Positions 53,581 through 63,202 of a stretch of DNA of 63,202 nucleotides are shown here, in pieces. The DNA is from Atractiella rhizophila (lineage: Eukaryota), in the NCBI GenBank assembly GCA_021432655.1, contig MU271196.1, positions 124,001 through 187,202 on the forward strand, read 5' to 3'. Position 1 is the stretch's first letter; each line of letters begins with the position of its first letter. Below the pieces are notes generated by a model, which was given only the letters and a program-made list of their open reading frames with translations, did not search any database and was not told where the DNA came from. Both the position numbers and the translations under genes were made by a program.

Positions 53581-54280
53581 GAGAGGAACCACTCCATGGT
53601 AGCATAGCAAAGTTGGTAGAAATGAAATGACGAACTCAAGACTTGAGGCAGAAAACTGCATGTGTTTGCTGATCGTACCATTACTTGTACCGTCCCTGCT
53701 GACAATATCGCCCGTATCCTCCATTCCTGCCTCCACTCTAAGGTCCCTAGCCCGCTATTCGCCCTCTCTTCATGATTTGCTCAACACCTTCGAGAACCTC
53801 CCTCAGGAAGCAACCCCTTACTTTCCAGCTCCGGTTTCATACCTTCCTCTCGCTGTTACGTATGCATGGTTCCAATATCTATTCTAACGGCGTCGCCAGA
53901 TTCTGGAAAATACTGATTTTCGTTGAAACCGCTCGAAGCATACCGATACCTACCATCATCACAATACTGTGAAACTATGCGACGAACAGGGAGAGACGTG
54001 AAGGGAATGTCACGCCGGCAGGCCATTACTATAGGAGAGACGGTTCAATATAACTAGGCGAAGAGTGGAGGTTATGGTACGTCAGTTTTCGTTACTTCCT
54101 TCTCGAAGAATTGACTTGCAGCAGAATTGATCATCGTACTATCAGGGCTTTGTGAAGAGGGAATTCCTTGCTTCATCGTCACGCTACGTTAGCGTTTCGC
54201 CGCGGATGCACACAAGCATACTGGATGAAAAGTGTTCCAGTCGGAATTTCCTGTCCAATCTGACGCTCAGCGGTCACGGA

Positions 54281-54316
54281 AAAGCTCGAAGATCACTAAA
54301 AGCTCGAAGATCACTA
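54281..54316 (+). repeat. Perfect 18-nt tandem duplication (AAAGCTCGAAGATCACTA x2) in the GH16 paralog 3 upstream region
   Basis: Directly visible. Confidence 0.85.
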
Positions 54317-54429
54317 ACTCACCTCACCACGAGTATGATTTCCATTTCAACCTTCCCAGGGCTGATATATATACTAGGACGCGATGAAAGCTTTCATTCC
54401 AAGTATCAGTTAGAAGGACAGTACGAGAT

Positions 54430-56207
54430 ATGAAGACTGGCGTTGCTCTGTTCCTTTATTTTGCTTTTAAAACGTGTAATGCCTTGGACAATCGTCCTTA
54501 TACGATGGTCCAAGAATATACCACCTATAATGTAAGTCAATTAGTGGAAGTCAAAGCAAGGAACTGAGTATAGTGGATCATACAGGGGAAGAACTTTTTT
54601 GACGGCTGGGTATTCGAGTCTTACACAGGCGATGAGCCAACTCACGCAAGTACCCGCTTTTGAACTCGATTTAGATTTTCTAACGATACCACAGGGGTAA
54701 GATAAATCAGTTTCGTCAGGACGCACTAAAGGAGAAAACAGGCTTGTCAACTATATCGGCAATCGCACTCAAGCAGCAAATCTGGGCCTTGCAGTGATCA
54801 ATCCACAGAACCACGCCATCATCACGGTTGATTCAGATAGCAACCTCGGGTACAACGTGAAGAGGAATTCGATTCGTTTGATCAGCGAAAAGTCGTTTAA
54901 AGTGGGATCCCTGGTGGTCATGAACGCTTGGTACGTTGAACTTGCACACAAAAGAAATGGCACTAAGACATTGTTTTTAAAGGCATGTTCCCTTTGGTTG
55001 TGGTGGGTTGATTTATTTTATACTGAGCTCTGTATTAATATATCTATATTAGCTGTTTGGCCCTCATTTTGGTGAATCACCTTACTTAATGCGACAACTT
55101 TTCGAGCTAACGTTCCAATAGGATGAAAGGAGGCTCGAAACAATGGCCGACTGGCGGTGAGATCGATGTGTTCGAAGGGGTTCACAATCAGGCTGCAAAT
55201 CAGGCAACACTGCATACTTCTGCTGGTAGAACAATAGCTTCTTTGTAATTAGCGTACTGACAGGCAGTTTAGGATGCACTCTCAAAACACCAATGGCGGG
55301 AACCGGGACCGTGCTTCAGACCAATTGTGATGCGTGTATTTTTCTTTCTTTGATGTATAACCTCTAAGAACGGGAACAGGCGAAAGCAAATAGCAATTCA
55401 GGATGCGGAGTGAAAGATACTTCTTCGAGCTCCTATGGGCAGTCCGCCGCCACTGCCCAGGGCGGAATCTGGGCTGTCCTGTACGATTCTCAAGGGATTT
55501 GGTACTGGTAGGGCGTGACTTCTCACCTTGTGAATTACGCTGACCTTTATTACGCAGGCACTGGCCCAGGAATCAGATCCCTGCTGACCTCGTCAGCTCA
55601 AATGTGACGCCAAATCCAGCAAATTTTGGTACGCCAATCGCTTACTGGGACGCAGCGTGAGTCTCCATTGTGTGGCGCTACACCATATTCACCGATGAAC
55701 CGGCATAGGAACTGCAATATCAACACGTTCTTTGAGCCACAAAAGCTTCTGTTCGATATTACTCGTGCGTGGTTTCTCCAATACGACTACCCTGCCCTTA
55801 CCGCGTTATTAGTCTGTGGTGACTGGGCTGGAAACACATTTACAAGGTACGTTCCCTAATTTGAATGATTAAGTTGGTTGAAAAAAAAAATTGTTTCAGT
55901 GCTGGTTGTGGGAGCGGTAAGCATTTCTTCAGTTAATGAGGAGTGCGGGTCCTAAAAGCCAACCAGATTGCAAGGCTTTTGTACAGACAGGCAATAATTT
56001 CAAGGTCCGTGGCTTATTCTTCATGGAATCTATTTACTTACGTTGACTTCTGCTGAAGAACGCTTATTTCGAGGTATTCTTTCTCTCTATCAAGTTACAC
56101 TAGTCTGACGCAGATTTTGTTCCTGCTCAGGTTCAATGGGTCAGAGTAAGCCATCTCAAGTCGCAACACGTCTATCAGACTAAATGGTGATAAAGGTCTT
56201 CCAATGA
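54430..56207 (+). CDS. Secreted GH16 glucanase, paralog 3
   Basis: MKTGVALFLYFAFKTCNA-LDNR, RNSIRLISEKSF, WPTGGEIDVFEGVH, CGDWAG, VQWVR|VFQ. Confidence 0.88.
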
Positions 56208-57544
56208 GAGGCTCATTCACGGTTTCCAATATGTTCTCGCGCTCCAAATAAGCTATTGGAACACCGATTCTTCCAATCATGTGCGTCCATGGCAATATGG
56301 ACGGTATCAAGCAACAACTATGGTTGAGGTACTTGAGATGACCGTCGTGCTTATCTCTTATCAAACTAAACAGACACAAAACACTTGCTGTGCTGACAAA
56401 GGCAGCAGTTTTTTTTACTTTGAATCACGCTTCGGATCGAAAGACATAGCTTGAAAACGCAGCATGTTGTAACGACGCGCGATTTACATCAACAAGCCAA
56501 ATACAACAAGCAAGCAGGCTACTCGGAAGGATATCCTCAATCGGCCATGAATGATAGGAATGTGCTGATGGATCCATTAGCTCCTCTTGATGATGGTTTT
56601 TTAGATACACTCTCACAATGTCGCCAGCGAGCGACAGTCCAAAGAATTTGATCTATATCCCCCACCTCGATCCATAGGTGATTTCACGCGTCTTCTTGCC
56701 TTCAGGCTTAACCCTCTTCTTTCCCCTTCAATTCCTCTAGGAACCTAAGAGAGCAATACTAGACACGAAAAGAGCAGAATCGCGCACCGAGATTTCTTGA
56801 AACTGAAGAGAGCGCAAAAGTCGCCGAGTATATCCCCAACATACTAGCCGCTTTCCATCGCGCCTTTCTCCAGCGCGATTTCGTTGGGGATTTTGTGTAG
56901 AAGGAGGAGGGAGACGGAGCTCTAATTAGGTTATAGTCCGATCTTTCGTTGGAGAGAAGTCGAGCTTTCAACGACCACGAACGCAGAACTGTCGAAGCAG
57001 GTCCAAGGCATCTCAGTATCAAGGAAATCGGATACAGATATTTGAGGAAATATAACATTTAGCAAGTACTCCCTTGATCTGGAGGGCTGAAAGGCGAGAT
57101 CCTGCATAGTCTGCAAGTATTTGAGTGGTGAGTACTCGCACACTTGCGCACGAAACGACGTAGAAGTGGGTGGGATGCAACTTGCAACCTTCAAGGTGGC
57201 TCATCAAAAACTCCCTTGCTCCAGTGTCATCTGCTATCTGCTATCAGAGTGCACGTATGGTGGAGAGTTCCAAAAGGCAAGAGGCAAGATTCTAACATGG
57301 TTCCGCTGTGATTCTAAAAGCAATGAACTGATGAGCTGAATTTGACGAGGTTGCCTGCATAATCGCGCTCTTGACTGTTTGGCTTTCCAGAGGACAAGGG
57401 ACCAAAGCTTAGCGGCCATTAAGTAATCACAGAGCCAAGGTATTGACATTGATTTAGATTGAATTTCTTTTCTGCGTTCAATTTGCGCCGCGATACGCAC
57501 CACCGTCCTAGTCATCCCATAATCCAATCTTTCAATTTCCTCAC

Positions 57545-60500
57545 ATGTCCACAAATCCCATCAAGGTGTTCAAAGTACCTGAGAACATCAAGAAAGAGAA
57601 CCCACTTGGTCTACGAATCCTTTGCATCGACAATGGAGGCGTCCGCACTTTCTCAGCCCCATACATGCTTGAGCCTATCATGCTCAAGGCCGCAGAGCTT
57701 CTTAACGTACCAGAAGGCGAAGAGCTCAGACCTTGCGATGTTTTTGATCTCATTTGTGGGACCAATACAGGCGGATGGATTGCACTTATGCTCGGAAGGC
57801 TAGGAATGACCGTTCGGCAGTGCATTGCGGCGTATGAAGAGATCGCGCGGAACGTATTTCTCGAAGATGGTTTGAGCACCACTGGCGAGTATGTGTACTC
57901 GGCGGAGAAGCTTGAAGAGACTTTGATCGCCATCATTCAGCGACACATGCTGTCTTCTGAAGATTCTGCAAGGTCACTTCCTATGAAGGACCCTTCTCTG
58001 CAGGACAGATGCAGGACGCTCGTCCTCTCTACTTATGAGGCCAACATTGTCGTTTCTACTGGAATGCGCACCTATGACATTCGTGGTGCTGGATCCGCCT
58101 CTCGATCCGCATCCTCATATGTCATCTGGCAGGCTGCAAGGGCTACCTCCGCTGGGCCTCCCTTCTTTCCCCCTATCAACGAAGATTCCACCCGCTACGT
58201 CCAGTTGGGCTGCAACAACCCTGCTGCAGTGGCTCTTGACGAGACCAAGCGAATTTGGGGAACCTCCAGTGAGATTGCCTGTCTTGTGTCTCTCGGCCCA
58301 GGAGTTGCACGGGCTGTCGAGTTGGGTCGCACTCGGGATGATATTGAGGAAGCGTTGAAAGCGATAGTCGCAGATTGCTCAAACATCTCGAATGATGTGA
58401 AGGTGAAGATGCAGGACCGTGAGATGGGTCATTGCTATTATCGCTTCTCAGTTGATACATTCGGAGACTTCAGGTGGGAGGATTGGGAGTGGAAGAACAA
58501 CGTTGTAGGATGCACGAAAGCTTACATGGAAGCAATGAATCACGAAGTGTCCTCCGTGACGAGATCGCTCGTGCAAGGTATTCTCCATGTTGCTTGATTG
58601 TTGGCAGCATGCTGACTTGCCACGGTCAGGCTGTAAAAAACGCATCGCTGTGCCCAGGAAGCTTCCGTTGCCTCATCCAGGAGATTGTTATGGAAGAAAT
58701 GACGAAGTTCAGTTGGCAATCACTTGCATCCTCACCGACAAAAAACATCTTGCGATTATCGGTGGTGCTGGCAATGGGAAGTCCACTGTGGCCCGACAAA
58801 TCCTGCATGCGAAGGAAGTCAAAGACGCATTCAGGACCATCGTGGATGGTGAGGAGGAAGACTTTCGGTTCTGGGCACGATGCGACGTTTTCTCTACATT
58901 TTCATCACTCTCCACATATCTTTGCAGGCAGGTCTTCGGAATAGCCCCTCAAGCTGGAGAAACTGAACTCAGTGCTGTTGCACGATATTTCAAGAACCAC
59001 AAATGTCTCCTTGTCTTGGACAATTTTGAAACTCCCGCAGAATCTGACACAGAGAGCCTCCTGCCATTCTTTCAAGCTCTTCTCTCTGCCAACAATACCT
59101 TGGGGTCCGTTCTCATCGTGGCGCATCGGGGACATCAAATCTATCGAGTGAATGTCACCGATGTGAAATTTCAAGAGCTGAGAATCAGTGGCCTAAGTGA
59201 CGCCGCCTGGATGGACCTGTTCAAGCACCTGTACACAGGAAAAGAGAAGTGTACAGAGCACGTACTCAAGGCCATCGTCACTAAGCTGGATCATCACACC
59301 CTGTCCCTCAAACTCTTTGTTCTTCGTGCCAACGGATCAACGAAACGCATCTCTGCTTTGTTGCAGGAGTGGGAGGAGAAGAAGACCGAAGTGCTGTGGG
59401 GCGAAGATAGCGAAGAGACCCAAACTCTCGGGACCTCAATATCTTTTTCACTCAGTTCACATCTGCTGACAAGACATGAAGACTTAAGCATGTTTATTCT
59501 TGCCGTCCTGTCCTGGACCCCTGACGGGCTTCTTGACAATGATATTAGAGCTATTACAGATAGATCGTGTCTTCCTGATTTGAAGGAGTCAGACAAGATC
59601 ATCAGCTCGATTTTATCCGTCGGACTGGCTGAGAACACGGACGATGCCCTGACAAAGTCGACACGATTACGCATGCTCGCGCCAATTCGTGAACACGTTA
59701 ACTACTTAGTTTCGCGATCCGATCCTCGCTTTAAAACCACAACCGTCTCCCTTGAGCCTGTAACTGAGCATCTCATCCATAAAGCTTGGGGAAATGTTCG
59801 AAAATTTCAAGTTGAGGGTGAACGGATCGGGATGTTGTGTTTCCGCAACGATCATCCGAATCTCGAACATGTACTTCTGGCTGGTCTTGAACATCTGCAG
59901 GATCCGACACCGTTGATCCATTTTCTCATGGAAATCTGGCGCTTTCAGTATCTCCAGCATCTTCTCTCAATCAAACTACTGCAGCGTACTATCTCCATCA
60001 CAAATTGTAATTGGTCCTTAATGAGATCCACAGCGGACTTGACATTAGCGATGAGCTTTGCATTCCAACAGCAAGGGTCTCGACAACCGGCATTGAAACA
60101 CTTCAAGGAAGCGAAAGAGCTGTATCTGGTGGAGGAAGATCGGCAAGGGCAAGCACACTGCATTCGTGGCATCGGGGAGATTGAGCAGCATCGAGGGCAG
60201 ATGGATGAAGCATTGAGACATTTCGAGGAAGCAAAGGAGCTGTACCTGGCGGTTGAAAGTCGGCAGGGACAAGCCCACTGCATTCGCGGCATTGGAGAGA
60301 TTGAGCAGTATCGAGGGCGGATGGATGAAGCGTTGAGATGTTTTAAGGAAGCAAAGGAGCTGTACCTGGCGGTTGAAAGTGTACCTGGCGGTTGAAAGTC
60401 GGCAGGGACAAGCCCACTGCATTCGTGGCATTGGAGAGATTGAGCAGCATCGAGGGCGGATGGATGAAGCTTTGAGACGTTTCGAGGAAGCGAAGGAGCT

Positions 60501-61263
60501 GTATCTGGTAATGGAAGATCGGCAAGGGCAAGCCCACTGCATTTGTGGCATCGGAGAGATTGAGCAGCATCGAGGGCAGACGGATGAAGCGTTGAGACGT
60601 TTTGAGGAAGCAAAGGAGCTGTGCCTGGTAATGGAAGATCGGCAAGGGCAAGCCCACTGCATTCGTCGCATCGGAGAGATTGAGAAGCATCGAGGGCAGA
60701 TGGATGAAGCGTTGAGACATTTTGAGGAAGCAAAGGAGCTGTACTTGGTGGAGGAAGATTGGCAAGGGCAAGCCCACTGCATTCACCGCATTGGGGAGAT
60801 CGAGCAGCATCAAGGGCGGATGGAGAAAGCACTAACATGTTTCGAGGAGGCAAGACAGATGTATCTGATGGTGGAAGACATACAAGGTCAACTTAACTGT
60901 CTTTTCAACATAAGTGAGCTTTATGCTGGAGACCCCCAGAGTATGTTCAAAGCAATTGCAGTCGTTGAGGAAGCAGTGCAGTTGAGCAAAGCAGCTGGCA
61001 ACTACTACGAAGCTAGGAGTACAAGGTGGTTGGCCGAACTCCTCTTCCTGTCCTGCAAGTATCACCTTGCCGGGCAGAAAATCATTCTGGCCCGTCAACT
61101 CTTCACAGATTGTCTGGCCACTTCTGATGTCGAAGCTTGTGACCATCTGCTTCACAAGATTGGGGAGGCGGAACGATTAAGGACGACATGTGGTTGTACT
61201 GGCTGTGGTACTGTCCATTCCCTCACAGCCTCTTGTGAGCTGACCTCCCGCTGCAGGATGTAG
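57545..61263 (+). CDS. Fungal NLR: patatin-like domain - NB-ARC - TPR array (frameshifted at ~60380)
   Basis: Patatin fold (LRILCID, RPCDVFDLICG, IALMLGRLGM, IWQAARATSA, NNP, CLVSLG, YYRFSV). Intron 58578-58629 joins it in frame to an NB-ARC domain (CYGRNDEV, P-loop GGAGNGKS, Walker B LLVLDNFE), followed by 40-aa TPR repeats. Confidence 0.9.
60090..60900 (+). repeat. Array of ~7 highly conserved 120-nt TPR-coding repeats
   Basis: Unit ALRHFEEAKELYLxxEDRQGQAHCIRGIGEIEQHRGxMDE starts at about 60090, 60210, 60330, 60469, 60589, 60709 and 60829. Confidence 0.95.
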
Positions 61264-63202
61264 CCCTTTGTCTAGGCAATGCTGCCAGCTATCATGAAGT
61301 CTCATGAGTGGAGGATATTGACTTGTGCTTCGAATCATCATCTTGATGCCCGAGTTTCGAAAGTACATATTGCTGTGAGGGTTCGAGGATTTGATGATCG
61401 TCTAAATCTATGATCAACAGGTGATTGTATTTATGATAGCAGGAGGATTGGAATACGAACCGCCAGAAGTGTTCAATCGCATCAACGACCGTTGAGTTGT
61501 CAACTACTACACTTGTTACACCTCCTTTGTGAGTAAACCGACATGTCACACATTATTTCGAGACGGGTTTTGTGCCCAAAGAAGCAGTAATAATCATGGC
61601 CTTCAATTATGCTAGCACGGAGTCGGTGCAGTGTGGTCGCTATGAGGCAGCAGTCACTGCTATTGGTTGAATGTCGCAGCTGCAGCTACAGAATAAGGAA
61701 TTGAAGTGTACCATGACTCCAGTCCAGTTCTTCAAGTTCCATAGGCATACCCCAAGCAATCCTCTACCTCCAGCAGAGACAACTATCTCATCCGGCTTGA
61801 AGCTCCACTTTTCTCAATTGCACTTTGATCTCCCACACTATACTCGCTTTTCCCTGCACGACCCCCATGCTGAAGGGAGCACACGGATGCCGCTGCATTT
61901 CCATCCGTCCTCCTCTCTTCAGTCAGTTGGTCCGTAGCTCGTTGCTCTCATCTCAGCACGTGCCATGGCGTATCACTTCAACAGTTGTACTCTTGGAAGG
62001 TCCGACACGTTCAAAGCTGTTGTTGAAGGAAGAGAGAGCAACCACAGGGATTTTTCCCTTTGGACTTCTCTCATTTGAGGGCTTCAGAAATGTAGATGCA
62101 GGCGAAGTGCAGTCTTTGGAGGGCGGACGATGGATTTCTTGATATCTTGGAGAACTGATGAAGTATGGAGTTCTTCTATATATCGATTGAGGATTCGAAG
62201 TTGAGATTTGGAGGGTAGCAGGAGAACGGATCTGCGTTTGAAACATTGGGGCTAGATGCCATGGAGCTCGAAAACGGAGAAAGGGTTTGGTGCAGGCCGT
62301 GGAGATGCCTACGGAAAGTCACAACCAGTTCGTCTGAAGATCGCGTCCCGAAGTCTTCATTTCCCCATTCCACATCCCTCCAGGAATCATTGTTGATGAA
62401 CTATAACTTATCTAGTTGGACCACGTCTTGTAAAGGAAGGAAAGGCGGAAGTGTCGCCTTGGGTCGCTGGTAAGAGGTGAGAGAGAAACTGTGTGGAGGG
62501 AAGTAGAGGAAGGCTCCCCGGAAGGTGCTTTTCGTAGATTGATTAACTCTGGTCGTACTTGAAGATGGCTGAAATTGGTGATGGTGGCAACTTTCCACGA
62601 TACACTCGGAACTATAAGTTGCTTCAACAATCAGTGATCCCAGGCTCTTCACTCAAAACCTGCCCGCCTCACCGGAAAAAAACTAGACATGATGTCCTGG
62701 CTCCTGTTCCCAGTTTATATCATATTACCTGTCTCTCATAGGCAATTTACGAACCTGAAAAAAGTCGAGAGGAAAGCATAGCATTGGAGGGCTGTTTGGT
62801 TGGATGTGAAGTGCCTAGTTGGCTGCCGGTGACATCTAAGCTGTTATGCTATGATATTGTGGTCGAAAAGAGCTGGCTTTTGACGTGGAGAACAGCGCCG
62901 CTGAATCGACGATTACGACATTTGTAGCCCAACCTATGCACACTGATTCACATATTCTACTTCGCGATGGACGTACCCTCAAAGTTGCAAAGATCCTCGC
63001 TCCGTAAGATCATCATAGATCAGAAATAAATTTGTGTAAGGATTTGACTTTACCGCAGACAGAGCTTCGCTTTTCTCTAGCACATATTGAATTAGCCGAG
63101 TAGGATCTCTGTCAACTATATCTCTCCTAATGTGCAAGGTCATTGCTAGATGATGAAAGAAGATACAAATTATTGCGTCAGAGGAACAGATACTAGTAGA
63201 AG

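Noticed and set aside
57545..57620. Amyloid signalling motif at the NLR N-terminus or in an adjacent gene
   Set aside because: No N/Q/G-rich pseudo-repeat is seen, and no neighbouring HeLo-like or gasdermin gene was recognised.
59945..60853. Long repetitive minus-strand ORFs (302 aa, 245 aa, 156 aa)
   Set aside because: Antisense shadows of the TPR array.
60090..60900. CRISPR-like array
   Set aside because: No unique spacers; these are 120-nt protein-coding tandem repeats in a eukaryotic gene.
61180..61263. Cys-rich NLR tail (TCGCTGC...H...C...CRM) as a zinc finger or CaaX box
   Set aside because: Cys is not at position -4 and the spacing matches no family I can name.

Overview
Eukaryotic genomic DNA from an intron-rich fungus. 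Short (~45-70 nt) GT-AG introns with CTRAC/CTGAT branch points and the gene content suggest a basidiomycete (inference). About 20 spliced protein-coding genes are present. Housekeeping genes: aldo-keto reductase, arrestin-like protein, sirtuin, dynein intermediate chain, PFS2, COG5, otubain, CDS1, YVC1-like channel, KIN28/CDK7. Accessory genes: two F-box/LRR-like genes (one with an in-frame stop), a tandemly duplicated SRPK-like kinase, a Zn2Cys6 factor missed by the ORF track, three secreted GH16 glucanases, an SMP-30 lactonase, and a patatin-NB-ARC-TPR fungal NLR. Highlights: (1) the NLR's patatin effector domain has lost all three active-site motifs, and its TPR array is frameshifted by a 19-nt duplication; (2) a class I sirtuin is fused in frame to a C-terminal Zn2Cys6 DNA-binding domain that is split by a stop-free, in-frame intron; (3) a segmental duplication retains a 120-bp perfectly identical copy of dynein-IC exon 1 with its ATG and CACGTG box. 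Exon boundaries were read by eye and gene ends are approximate where stated. No rRNA, tRNA, CRISPR array or intact transposon was recognised.
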